Shown: positions 13,701-26,185 of the stretch, piece by piece
Numbering within the stretch: position 1 is the first letter of the stretch
Layout of the letters: each line of letters opens with the position of its first letter
Source of the DNA: Malacoraja senta
Taxonomy: Eukaryota
DNA: 64,000 nt
Assembly (NCBI GenBank): GCA_038087875.1
Contig: CM075977.1
Location: 111,352,001 to 111,416,000 of the forward strand
Direction of reading: 5' to 3'
Translations under genes and position numbers: made by a program
The notes under the pieces: generated by a model
The model's database searches: none
Seen by the model: only the letters and a program-made list of their open reading frames with translations
Told to the model about the DNA's origin: nothing

Positions 13701-14038
13701 AGCCATTTCCAGCACAACTCCTTGGCTGTCGGACTCCTCCTCGGAGCCTTCTTCAGTTGTTTGCAGAGTATCCAAAACACTTTTCAGCTGGAGGCTTATA
13801 GCGGCTTTTTTTGGTGCTCGTGAGCAGGTCCCCTTTCTCATTTAAAAGTCCCGATTTTTACCGCGATTTTACCGCGATTTAACGTCGTTATCTGATGATG
13901 TTTTCCTTATGCAAACCAAGCAGCTCCGTTGAGTTATTTTTAGATTCAATCCCAACTTTAAAACGGCTTTTTGAAAAAATTTACGGGAGTAGAGCTCAAT
14001 GCAGCGCCCTCAATGTTCCATGGCGCTACCGGAAGTCC
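7773..14038 (-). mobile_element. Full-length L1-clade LINE (fish L1/Swimmer type), ORFs frameshifted: ORF1 13841-12820; ORF2 11870 to ~8050 (APE endonuclease + RT)
   Basis: 15-bp TSD AGAGAAAATGATTAA at 7758-7772 and 14039-14053; 5' end GGACTTCCGG; ORF1 DLEARARRQNLRIVG; EN ITFCSWNIRG; RT YRAISLLNTDQKILAK, DAEKAFD; A-rich 3' end. Confidence 0.95.
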
Positions 14039-14195
14039 AGAGAAAATGATTAATGAAAGAATATCCGATCCTGGAATTGGAATTGGAATTGAGGTGTGGC
14101 CGAGAGTGCCGCCCCTCACCGTCGGTGAAAAATTCCCCTTCAGTATGAACAGCGGTGGCAACGAAGGGACTTTCCCGATCAACAGGCGCGCTTTC

Positions 14196-14349
14196 TCATT
14201 CTTCCTCCTCCCATAATTTGGACAAACGATCTCGGTGGAAGCTCCAAGGAACTGTCGAAATATCTCCCCGAAGTGAGTCTGAAAGACTCGTTACATCAGC
14301 AGTATTCTTTATTTTACTAGCCGCATGTAAAGAGCGTCTCAATCGAGGG
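14196..14349 (-). CDS. Candidate terminal exon of gene B (phase-2 frame open: SPRLRRSLHAASKIKNTADVTSLSDSLRGDISTVPWSFHRDRLSKLWEEEE*)
   Basis: ggagttgtgacctcag acceptor homologous to paralog terminal-exon acceptors; first such exon downstream of the B TM exon; intervening intron is filled with TEs. Confidence 0.4.
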
Positions 14350-14849
14350 CTGAGGTCACAACTCCAATGATAATTGTAATGCGCAGATATTTATACAGAG
14401 AAGTATCAAACTGTAGGACCAAGCGGTTAGTTGTGCACCAACTAACCGCTTGTGCACCAGCTGATTTCAGCAGAAATGTTTTAATAATATCTTGCCAAAG
14501 GAAACTTGTGATTAACTGCCCACATGACGGGTACAGCGATACAGCTGTAGAGTTGCTTATCTTACAGTGTCAAAGACCCGGGTTCGATTCTGACCTCGGG
14601 TGCTGTCTGTCCGGAGTTTGTACGTTCTACCCGTGACCTGCGTGGGTTTTCTCCGGCATTTTTTATTTCTTCCCACACTCCAAAGACGTATAGGTTTGTA
14701 GGTTAATTGACTGAGTAAAAATTGTAAATTGTCCCGAGTGTGTGCGCGGGGGTGGCTAGTCGGCGCGGACTCGTTGGGCAGAAGGGCCTGTTTCAGTTCT
14801 GTATCTCTAAACTCATCTAAATTAAACTTAAACTAATGCTAAGATGGAC

Positions 14850-16465
14850 ACAAAAAGTTGGAGTAACTCAGCGGGTCAGGCAGCATCTCTGGAGAAAAGG
14901 AAAAGGTGACGTTTCGGGTCGAGACCCTTCTTCAGACTGAGAGTCAGTGGAAAGGGAAACGAGAGATATAGACGGTGATGTAGAGAGATGTAGAACAAAT
15001 GAATGAAAGATATGCAAAAAAAGTAACGATGATAAAGGGAACAAGCCAGTGTTCGCTGTTGACAAGTTGAAACGAGTACAGACAATGACACTCAACAAGA
15101 CTAGCGTTGAAGCTATTACCACGACTCGGGTGGGGGAGGGAGGAAAGAAAGTGAATGCATAGGTTAATTGAAATTAGAGAAATCATCATTCATACCACAG
15201 GGTCGTAAGCTGCCCAAGCGAAATATGAGGTGCTGTTCCTCCAATTTGTGTTTGGTCTCACAATGGAGGAGGCCTAGGACAGAAATGTCAGTGTCGTAAT
15301 GGGAAGGGGAATTAAAATGTTTGGCAACCGGGAGAGCAGGTAGGGCGAAGTGGACGGAGAGAAGCTGTTCAGCGAAACGATCTCCCAGTCTACATTCAGT
15401 CTCGACCAAGGTCCACACCTTGAACAACGGAGACAATAGATGAGGTTCGAGGAGGTGTAAGTGAACCTCTGTCTAACCTCAAAGGATTGTCAGGGTCCTT
15501 GGTCAGAATCGGTGGTGGGGGGTATAGGGACAGGTGTTGCATCTCTGTGGTTGCAGGGGAAGGTACCTGGGGAGGGGGTGATTTGGGTGGGAAGGGGTGA
15601 GTTAACCAGAGAGTTGCGTAGGTAACAGTCTCTGTAGAAGGCGGAAAGGGATAGAGATGGGAAGATGTGACTAGTGGTGGGATCCCGTTCGTGGTGGCGT
15701 AAATAGCGGAGGATTATGTGATGTATGCGACGGCTGTGGGGGTAAAAGGTAAATGGCCTGTCCCACTTGGGCGTCATTTGCACGTAATTTACGCGACATC
15801 ATTTACGCGTCTCGACGAGCGCAATGCGCACATGGTGCATGGTGATGTAGGCAGTGACGCGCAGTCGCACGCTGCCCCCCAGGATTTTGGGATGTACAAA
15901 ATCTTTGTGCGCCGTCTGCGTGATGTGCAAATGACGCCCAAGTGGAACAGGCCCTTAAGGATTTGGTCCCTGTTGCGACTGGGTTGAAGGGAAGCCAGGG
16001 CGGAGATGTGGGGTACTGAGGAGACATGTGTGAGGCAATATTCTATGATGGAAGAGGGGAATTCCCGTCCCCTAAAGAATGAGGACATCTCGGATGTCCT
16101 GGTGTGGAACACCACATGTTGGGTGCAAATACGGCGTAGAATGAGGAATTGGGAGTTGTGGATAGTGGATTTGCAGGAAGTAGGATGTGAAGAGGTGTCG
16201 TCTAGATATTTGTTGGAGCCTATACGTTTATGATAGGCATCAGTCGATGGTCTATCTCCTGTGATGGAGACAGTGAGATCAAGAAAGGGGAGGGAGGTGC
16301 CAAAGATTGTTCGAGTCAATTTCAGTGCACGATGGAAATTGGTCGTGAAGTTAGGGAGGTCTATGAGTTCTGCATGGGTGCAGGGGGTAACATTGATGCC
16401 ATTGTCAATGTAACAGAAATAGAGTTCGGGGATAGGGCCAGTGTACACCTGGAAAAAGCGTAATG
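14850..16465 (-). mobile_element. Degenerate Penelope-like retroelement (RT thumb + GIY-YIG endonuclease + terminal repeat)
   Basis: LPFLDLTVSI, YLDDTSSHPTSCK, SQFLILRRIC; endonuclease C-terminus PVAKHFNSPSH...LEEQHLIFRLG. Confidence 0.85.
15753..15955. mobile_element. PIF/Harbinger-type MITE nested in the Penelope element
   Basis: ~30-bp TIRs (ggcctgtcccacttgggcgtcatttgcac / gtgcaaatgacgcccaagtggaacaggcc); TAA TSD at 15750-15752 and 15956-15958. Confidence 0.85.
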
Positions 16466-17779
16466 TTAGCTGTGTGTTTATACATAAACACATTTATAGC
16501 TTTTGTTTCAGGTTGTTTATCTCGGCAAACCCTTAGGCAATTGTCATCAAACTCTTCTATAAATGGAAACCCTGTTGCACCTTGTCCATGCTGACCAAGT
16601 TAGCATTCTGGGCTTGTCCTATCTGCCCACATTTGGCCAATAATCCTCTAATCCCTTCCTGTGCATTTCCATATATATGTCCAAATATCGTTTGAAAGTG
16701 ATCATTGTATCAACTTCTATACTTTCCTCCGGTGGCTCAATCTGGATACAGATTATCCCGGTGAGTGAAAATATTGACCATCAGGGGTGGCACAGTTGCG
16801 TACTGGTTGAGTTGCTGCCTTACAGCGGCAGAGACCCGGGTTCGATCCTTACTATGGGTGTTCTCAGTATGGAGTTTGTACCTGGTACTCTGTGACCGCG
16901 TGGGGTTTTCTCCGGATGCACCGGTATCCTCCAACATTCCAATGGCGTACAGGTTTGAAAGTTAATTGGTTTCTGTAACTTGTCACTTGTATGTCACATA
17001 GAACTAGTGTATGAGTGATCTTTGTTCGATGTGGGCTCAGTGGGCCGTAAGGCCTGTTTCCACGCTGTATCTCTAAACTAAACTAAAAGACCCCCCTTAA
17101 ATCTCTCCCCTCTCACCTTATGCCTATGTCCACGAGTTTTTGAATCCTTTGCCCTGGGAAAAAGACTGTGAGGGTTCACTTTATCCATGCCCCTCGTGAT
17201 CTTGTGCACCTCAATAAGGTAATCCATCAAGGTCGGCTGCAGGAGGTTCCCTGGGATCTAGACATCCAAGGAAGATGATGGCTGGAGGCCCTGCAGCAGC
17301 CTGGTGCTCATCTGGATCGGGCGCCACTCATAAGACCTGGAGTGCAGACTGGACTTTTAAATGGCTCCAAAACCTTGCACCGCTTGCTTACAGTCTCAGT
17401 GGACTATTTCTGTACACTTTGCTAATCGGGGATTGTGGTTAGGTATTGCAATATGGCATTAGAGACCCTTGGACTATTCTTGATTGGACATTACTGGACT
17501 TTTTCTTGCACTAAACGCTATTCACATTGTTCCCTTTATCATGTATCTGTACACTGTGGATTGCTCGATTGTAATCATGTATTGTCTTTCCATTGACTGG
17601 TTAGCACATAACAAAAGCTTTTTACTATACCTCGGTACACGTGACAATAAACTAAATTCAAAACCTTACTGGACTGTCTGTAAGGAAAATAATGTCACTG
17701 TGTGTTTGCACGTGACAAACATTGAACAAGGCACGGCATTTCCTTCCATTGCTACGCAGAAGATACACAACTCTATCTC

Positions 17780-18730
17780 CCCCTGAAGCCCCAAAACCGA
17801 TCAAATATGCTTAACCTTATCCGCTGCCTCGAGGATCTAAAGTGTTGGATGGCCCAGAACTCCAACTAAACGAGAGTAAGTCTGAGGTCATCCTTCTCGG
17901 CCCCTCGGACTCAATCAAAATAATAGCAGGCAGCCTTGGAAGCCTTACCCCATTACTCAAACCTCACGTCAAAAACCTTGGCGTAATAATTGACTCGGCA
18001 TTGAAATTTGACAAACAAGTCAATGCCGTGGTAACAGCTAGCTTCTTCCAGCTTCGGACTATAGCTAAAATAAAAATAATTCCTCCAGTTTGATGACCTC
18101 GAAAAGATCATCCACACATTTATCTCCTCCCGCTTAAATTACTACATCTCCCTCTACACTGGCATCAGCCAATCTTCCCTGTCCCGCCAGCAACTGGTAC
18201 AGCGAGACTCCTGACGGGCACTCGAAAAGGGGACCACATCACCCCGATCCTGGCTCTCTCCACTGGCTCCCTGTGCGGTTCCGAATAAATTTCAAGATCC
18301 TCCTTTATGTCTACAAAGCCCTCAATGGGCTTGCCACCACCTACATTAAAAGTCTCCTCACCCATCTCCAGGTCCTTCAGATCGGCCGACTTGGTGTTGC
18401 TGAACATCCCGCGGTCTGGGCATAAGCTCAGGGGCGACCGCGCCTTTGCGGTTGCAGCTCCTAGACTGTGGAACAGCATCCCTCTTCCCATCAGAACTGC
18501 CCCCTCCATCGACTCCTTTAAGTCGAGACCAAAAACTCATCTCTACTCCCAAGCCTTTATTGACGTCCTCTGAACGAGGGCTATATGTATGTATTGATGT
18601 TTGTATTTAATCTATGAACCACTGTTGTTTGTTATACTATTCTTATACCAATGTAAAGCACTTTGGCCAATGAGAGTTATTTTTTAAATGTGCTATATAA
18701 ATAAAAGTGACTTGACTTGACTTGACTTCC
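17780..18730 (+). mobile_element. 5'-truncated L2 LINE (RT C-terminus and 3' end)
   Basis: LNESKSEVILLG, VKNLGVIIDS, LHWLPVRFRINFKIL, GDRAFAVAAPRLWNSIP; (gactt)n tail. Confidence 0.9.
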
Positions 18731-18974
18731 TGCCTTCTCCCCATATACCCTCTCCGCTATTTTAAGAGCCCTATTTAGCTCTCTCTAGAAAGCATCCAGA
18801 GAACCCGCCTCCACCGCCCTCTGAGGCAGAGAATTCCACAGACTCACCACTCTCTGTGAGAAAAAGTGTTTCCTAGTCTCCGTTCTAAATGGCTTACTCC
18901 TTATTCTTAAACTGTGGCCCCTGGTTCCTGGTTTCCCCGCTGTATCTCTAAATTAAGCTAAACTAAAAATAAAC

Positions 18975-20800
18975 TTGGACACACGGAGAATGTGGCAATG
19001 TCTGAATAAGATAACAGGCTGCAAAGCACAGTCGGGCAACGTCATTAGTCATAATGCGACGCTACCCGATCAACTGAATGCTTTCTCTGCTCGCTTCGAG
19101 CAGAAGGCCAACAGGGCGGAGTCGCCTGGACTTCAGACTCCAATATGCTTCTCTTCGGCCTGATTGTAGCAGAGGTTCGATTGGCCTTCCTGTGGGTAAA
19201 CCCACGAAAAATGACTGGCGCAGTCGAAGTTCCTGGCCGTGTCCTGAAAAGCTGGGTGAACCAGATAACGAGAGTATTCGGTGTAATCGCTGACATCTTT
19301 AATCACTCCCTCCTTGTTCTGATGTACCCACCTGTTTCAAGAAGATCACCATCATCCCAGCACCAAATAAAAACAAGACCCCATGCCTAAACGACTACGG
19401 TCCAGTGGCCTTGACATCCACCACCATGAAATGTTTGGAGAGGATAGTTATGGAATGTATTAAGTCTGGTCGTCCCAGCAGCCTTGACCCACTGCAGTTC
19501 GCCTACCTCTACTACAGGCTTCACGGACGATGCCATCGCCCTAGCCTTACACTCCTGCCTGCAACACCTGGATATCAAAGACACCTAGGTCAGACCTATT
19601 CAAAGACTACAGCTCTGCCTTTAATATCATTATATATTTCCAACCTAATCACCAAACTCGCGGGACTGGGGGTCAGCGCTCATCTTTGCAAATGGATCCT
19701 CAACTTCATTACCAACCGACCCCAATCCATTAGGATAGGGATCAAATCATCGTCCAGTATAATCCTTTACACTGGCGCTCCGCAAAGGAAGCGTTCTCAG
19801 CCCCATTCTTTATAACTTGTACATCCTTGTAGCCACGTATAAATCTAATTCGATTTTCAAATTTAAAGACGGCACCACGAGTGTGGGTCGGATATCATAT
19901 AATGATGAGATGGAGTACAGTTGGGAGATTAAGAACCTCGTGTGCTGTTGTTCAGACAATAAACGTTCTCTTAATGTCTGCAAGACAAAGCAAATCGTGA
20001 TCGAATTCAGGAAGCGAAGAGATACACAGACTCCAGTTAGCCTTGATGGTGCCGAAGGAAAGATGGTTGAAAACCTCAAATTCCTATGAGTTAATATCCC
20101 CAGCAACTTTTCCTGGACCACCCATATTGAAGCAATGACCAAGAAAGTACACTAGCGCCTCTACTTCCTGAGAAGGCTTAGGAAGTTTGGCATTTGCCCT
20201 ACAACTCGCACTAACTTCTACAGATCGAAGTTAGGTTTCGGCCCGAAACGTTGCCTATTTCCTTCGCTCCATAGATGCTGCTGCACCTGCTGAGTTTCTC
20301 CAGCATTTTTGTGTACCTAACTTCTACAGATGCGCTTTGGAAAGCATTTATCATGTTGCGTCACAGCTTGGTTTGGAAACAGCTCCATCCGAAACCGCAG
20401 TAAATTGCAGAGATTTGTGGACGCAGCCCAGACCATCACACAAATCAATTTCCCTTCTATTGACTCCATTTATACCTCACGCTGCCTCGGCAAGGCCAGC
20501 AGCATAATCAAGGACGGGTCGCACCCTTGCCACCCTCTTCTCCCCTCTCCCCAGCCAAAAGGTAGAGAAATGTGAAAACGCACCACACCAGATTCAGGAA
20601 CAGTTTCTTCCCAGTTGTTATCAGGCAACTGAATCATCCTACCACGACCAGAGAGCAATGCTAAGCTACTATCTACCTTTTTGATGACCCTAGGGGTCTC
20701 CTTGACCGGACTTTGCTGGGTTTACCTTGCACTAAACGTTATTCCCTTATCATGGATATATACTCAGTAAATGGTTCGATTGTAATCATTCAACCTTTCT
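18975..20800 (+). mobile_element. Degenerate Rex1/Babar-type LINE RT
   Basis: VALTSTTMKCLE, LDPLQFAY, LCKWILNFITNRPQS, LNVCKTKQIVIEFRK; multiple stops and frameshifts. Confidence 0.8.
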
Positions 20801-20824
20801 GCTGACTGGTTAGCATGCAACACA

Positions 20825-23243
20825 TATAATAAGAAATTTACTGGTGTAAATGATAAGATGGGCGACTATAATGGACTCGCTGGATGTCCCTATCCAGCTA
20901 TCTATCAAGTTAAACAATTAATCCAATAAAGACCCGGAGACACGAGATGTCGTTGATTCTTTACTGTATTCAACTGTTTAACTTGATAGATAGCTGGATA
21001 GGGACATCCAGCGAGTCCATTATAGTGAAAAGACAATGCGTCTAACAAACTGGTGGGTAGGATGGCATTAGATTGTGCGCTTGGAATTACATTCTACACC
21101 ATGTGGTACTCTCCCTGAACTGGACTTCCTGGATTATGATAACTTCCTGCCTAACAGGAAAGGTAACTTAAAGCTGTAGGAACCTGAATATCCAGCAGGT
21201 GGCATTAATACCTGTAAACAGAAAGTGGTCCAGCATAGCGACCTTGATGAGAGAATGGAAGAGATGCAAAATGACATGAAAGAGATGATTACGGAAATAA
21301 ATAGTTTGAAAAAATCAAAGAGAGCTGAAGAAGAAAAGCTTGCAAGAATGACTGACAAATGTTTGGACTTGGAAGCGAGATCGAGAAGGCAGAATTTGAG
21401 AATTGTTGGAGTAAGAGAAGGGCGAGAAGGACATGGATCTCAAACACGTACTTTCGTTGCTCAATTACTCAAAGATGTTTTTAAACTGCCGGAAGAATCA
21501 AGAATAGATATCGTTCACCGAGTTGGACGTGTCTCGAGACATAAATGCTGCTCCAAGACAGATAATTATGAAATTTCTCGACATCTCTTCAGTGGAATTT
21601 ATACTGAATAAGATTGTCCATGGGGAGAATTTGATATATCGTGGGGATAATATTCGATTTTTCCGTGACTATCCTCCGGAGGTCGTCCAGAGTAGGAACT
21701 TGTTTACACAGACAAGAAACATACTGAGAGGAATACCCCAGGTCAGATATGGGATGGTCTTCCCAGCAAAAATGAAAATTACTTATAACGGAACTGAGCG
21801 CTCATTTATGGATCCCGAAAAAGCTTTTAAGTATGCAGAAGATATCGTAAGAAAAGCGTCGAAAGCATCGGAAGAAGATGTCGAGGAGGTGGAAGATTGA
21901 ATTTCTTAACTTTTAAGATAGAGTTTGGAACTGGCTAAGATGGTGGATTTTTCCAGACAGTTACCGAGCTTATCTGTCTGGAATGTGTATTTGAGACATT
22001 GTCCATGTTTCACCTTGAATGCAAAGCTCAAAGATAAACAAAAGGACGTTGAATATACAGAAGTAATGAAGGAATGTATAAGGGACATGGACGAGATAAT
22101 ATTAGTACTAACTGTTGATTTAAGAAAATATCTAACCATTATATTCTAATTATAATTAACCAACTAATTTAACAAATTTAATAATACTCATTATTTGTGA
22201 GTGTATGTAGTAAATATGAACAAATCATGAATAAACCATTGCTTATAAATAGTAATTAACCAAAATGTCTATAACATTACTAACCGTTTTTTTCTTGTGT
22301 GGGAAGGAGTTAGGGGCAATATAAACTTGGAAAAGATCCAGGAATGAGGTTTTGTTTAACCCCTCGGTACCTGCTTGTATGGTAGTTGGTTAGATAAATT
22401 GGAAAGGAATAAATACTTATAGAACTGAGAATATGTTGTGTTTTATATATATATATATATTTTTTTTACTTTTTTATATTTTTTCTCTGAGTCTTTTTGG
22501 TTTTTACTAGTGCTAGTTTGATAAATTTAAATAAGAATAAACAAGATATGAGACGGTCTGTAGCTTTTTATGAGGTGTTAATAAGGGATTGGAGTTCAAT
22601 GTAAAACAACACCAACGGAAGTCCATACATTTTTCGCCACCTTAGGTGGCTATTTGTCTTTAAGGTATCTTTTCTTAGATACCTTAACTTTGTATTTGCT
22701 TAGTTTCTTTGTAATCAACTTTAAATCACAATTTTTCTTTCTTTATCTAAGGTACTTTTGGAGAAGGAGATGTAATATAAACTTAAAAACTTGGGATGAC
22801 CACCCAACACCCAGAATTCTGAGGTATTTGTTTGCACCATATGATTTAAGAATACTATTTTGATATATAATGCAAGACGATAGACAAATAAAGAATGGAG
22901 GAATCACATTCTGTAGTTGGAATATAAGGGGTGCCAATGAACCAATAAAGAGGGGTAAAATTTTTGCTCACCTAAAATCTTTGAAATGCGACATCATCTT
23001 TTTGCAAGAAACCCACATGAAACAGCAAACACAAATGAGATTAAAGGTGAAGTGGATAGGTCAATATTATTCGTCATTTACTTCTAAATCTAGAGGTACG
23101 GCTATTCTTATTCGAAAAGGTATACCTTTCAAATTAAAGAATACTATATCAGATAAAGAGGGAAGGTACATCATAGTTTCGGGAGAAATTTATGCAACCC
23201 CTCTAACTATGATAAATATTTACGCTCCGAATTTTGATAACCC
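20825..23243 (+). mobile_element. Second, partial L1 copy (ORF1 3' part, spacer, EN start), inverted relative to 7773-14038, runs into the gap
   Basis: High similarity to 11400-13505, with the same MQDDRQIKNGGITFCSWNIRGANEPIKRG; interrupted by an insertion at 20867-21237. Confidence 0.9.
20867..21237. mobile_element. 371-bp solo-LTR-like insertion with internal perfect 52-bp inverted repeat
   Basis: GCGAC duplicated at 20862-20866 and 21238-21242; termini TATAATGGAC...GTCCAGCATA; IR 20865-20916 / 20975-21026. Confidence 0.6.
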
Positions 23244-23443
23244 NNNNNNNNNNNNNNNNNNNNNNNNNNNNNNNNNNNNNNNNNNNNNNNNNNNNNNNNN
23301 NNNNNNNNNNNNNNNNNNNNNNNNNNNNNNNNNNNNNNNNNNNNNNNNNNNNNNNNNNNNNNNNNNNNNNNNNNNNNNNNNNNNNNNNNNNNNNNNNNNN
23401 NNNNNNNNNNNNNNNNNNNNNNNNNNNNNNNNNNNNNNNNNNN

Positions 23444-24480
23444 TGGCGTTTGTGATGTCTTCAATTAATTCTAGTATTGCAAGTGATGTTGATCTATTTG
23501 TTCTGAATCCATATTGACTTTCTGTTAATAATTTATTATTTTCTACAAATTTGTCTAGTCTATTATTAAACATTTTTTCTAATATTTTGGAAAATTGTGG
23601 GAGTAAGGAAACAGGTCTATAGTTTGTAAAATGATGCTTGTTCCCTGTTTTGTATATTGGTATTATTTTTGCTACTTTCATTTTAATTGGAAAAGTGCCG
23701 GTCTGGAAGGATAAATTACAGATGAATGTTAAAGGTTTGGAGATCCCCTCAATGACCATCTTAACTAGCGACATGTCAATGTCATTGAAATCGGTAGACT
23801 TCTTATTTTTACATGTTTTGACAATATCCAGCAGTTCTTTCTCTTCTACTGCCGTAAGAAACATAGAGCAGGGATTTCTTTCCACTAATTTCTCAGGTGT
23901 TTCTCCAGATGTCCCTGAATCAGGGATTTGTTTAGCCAGGTCTGGTCCAATATTAACAAAAAAATTATTAAAGCTATTAGCTATATCTTCCATATTGTAA
24001 ATTTCCTTATCCTTATCAATAAAATACTTCGGGTAATTTGTTCTCCCCGGACCATTTCGGATAATGCTATTAAGTATGCTCCATATTCTTTTTATGTTGT
24101 CTTTATTGTCATCTAATTTCTTCTTATAATAATCTTTCTTGCTTTCTCTTATGATGTAAGTTAATTTATTTTTATACTTTTTATATTTATTTTCTGTATC
24201 TTTAGTTCTCTCTCTTATAAAATCTCTGTATAGGCCATTTTTTTTTTACAAGCATTTTGTAATCCCTTTGTAATCCATGGACATTTAGTATATTTTGATT
24301 TTCTATTATATTCTTTAATTGGACAATTTTTATCATATAATAACTTAAACATATCAATAAATGTTTCATAAGCACTATCAATGTCTCTTTTTTGGTATAT
24401 TATATCCCAGTTTTGTGCCAATAGATCCTTTTTTAGTGCATTGTCACACAATTATCACACAATTAGATTAATTTGAATCA
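23444..24480 (-). mobile_element. AT-rich LINE RT fragment of the CR1/L2 group (Crack/Daphne-like)
   Basis: FNNFFVNIG, KVAKIIPIYKTG, NYRPVSLLPQFSKILEK, QYGFRTNRST; subclade assignment is tentative. Confidence 0.75.
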
Positions 24481-26085
24481 TATTAGGTTGCTAATATCTT
24501 GGATTGCTCAACTCTACAGATTAAACTGGATGTCAGAGAAGGGGGGTAGTTGTGGATGTTTAATCATGACCCAAACATATGAGCGAGCTGGACAAAACAT
24601 GCTGCAATAACTCAGTGGGTCGGGCAGAATGTCTGGGGAAACGGAATAGGTGACGTTTCGGGTCGAGACCTTTCATGGCCGAGCTTATAGCTTTTGGGGC
24701 AGGACTGTGTAGACCAGGAGACGGGTGTACCATTGGTCTGGGTTAACGTATGATGAGCGTTTTACGGCACCGTGCCTGTACTCGCTGGAGTTTAGAAGGA
24801 TGATAGTGGACCTCATTGAAACTTACAGAACAGTGAAAGGCTTGGATAATGTGGATGTTGAGCGGATGTTTATTGTGAGAGTCTAGGACCAGAGGACATA
24901 GCCTCAAGATTAAAGAACGTTCCTTTAGGAAGGAGACGAGGAAAATGTATTTAGTCATAGGCTTGTGAATCTGTAGAATTCTGCCACAGAAGACTGTGGA
25001 GGCCAAGTCAATGGATATTTTTAAGGCAGGTATACATAGATTCAAGTTCCAGTCCACATTTATTCTGACATGCACCAATTAAGGTACAGTGATATTTGAG
25101 TTACCATGCAGCCATATAATTAAAAGGACACAATACACGATAGAACTTAACATAAACATCCACCACAGTGATCACTGTGGAGGAAGGCAATAAGTACGGG
25201 TTAGTACGGGTCTTAAGGGTTATGGGGAAATAGCAGGGGGATGGGGTTATCAGGGAGAGATAGGTCAGCCATGATTGAATGTCGCAGTAGATTTGATGGG
25301 CTGAATGGCCTAATTCTGCTCCTGTCACCTTATGATCATGCTTTTTCAATCCCACCTGGGGCTGTGATTAGGACTTATCAACGTGTCTCAGTGCAGGTGG
25401 AATGGGCAGAGACAGCAGTGTCTTGGGCTTCTACTCCGGCGAGGAACCAGTGATTTGCCAGGCATATATAGTGTGTTTGCATTTATGAAGGCAATTCAAC
25501 GTGGAAATATACAAGAGTTATCAACAGCAAAAATAACCTTTTTGAATTGCATCACAGTTATAATGTGGATAGTGAAAGCAGGAGAATGGGATTGAGGGAA
25601 AGATAAATGCGCCTTGACCGAATGACGGAGACTCGATGAGCCTTATGGCCTATTACTGCGCCTATGACTCATGAACGAACCACTTCCCAACACACGGTGG
25701 CGCAGCGCTGGAGAGTTGCTGCCTCACAGCGTCAGAGACGAGGGTTCGACCCTCTCTACCAAAGATCATCTTTGCTGTCTGCAGGTCCTGTCTGTACGGA
25801 GTTTGTACGTTCTCCCTGTGACCAGCGTGGATTTTCTCAGAGATCTCCGGTTTCCTCCCACGCTCCAAAATCGTAGAGGTTTGACGGCTAATTGGCTTGA
25901 TATAATTGTGAATTATCCCTGGTGTATGCAGGATGGTGTTAGTGTACGAGGATCGCTGGTCGGCTCTGACTTAACGGGCCTGTTTCCGCACTGTATTTTA
26001 AAGGGAACTAAACTAAACGCACAAAAATTCTCTGTTAATTATGTATCGGTCATTTAGATTGAAAGGAATGTATAATGTTACATAC

Positions 26086-26185
26086 CTGAGTTTGGCACTA
26101 CAATAAATGAAAGACATCACGAACAGGGCAAAGGTTTTCAATCCAAGCGGAATGCACAAGATCACAATGGGGGCAACCTGTGTGA
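26086..26185 (-). CDS. Gene B transmembrane exon (VTQVAPIVILCIPLGLKTFALFVMSFIYCSAKL)
   Basis: cttcag acceptor, ag|gtatgt donor; 100 nt, phase 1 to 2; in frame with V2; Lys in TM. Confidence 0.9.

Noticed and set aside
14166-14175. Canonical NF-kB site GGGACTTTCC
   Set aside because: Single 10-mer far from any mapped promoter; plausible by chance
14420-14452. 14-bp hairpin (caagcggttagttg / caactaaccgcttg)
   Set aside because: Likely a local template-switch micro-duplication; no family or functional context
23207-23993. ORFs spanning N runs (also at 31771-32714 and 45680-46441)
   Set aside because: Artefacts of translating through gaps; the first joins unrelated L1 EN and LINE RT pieces
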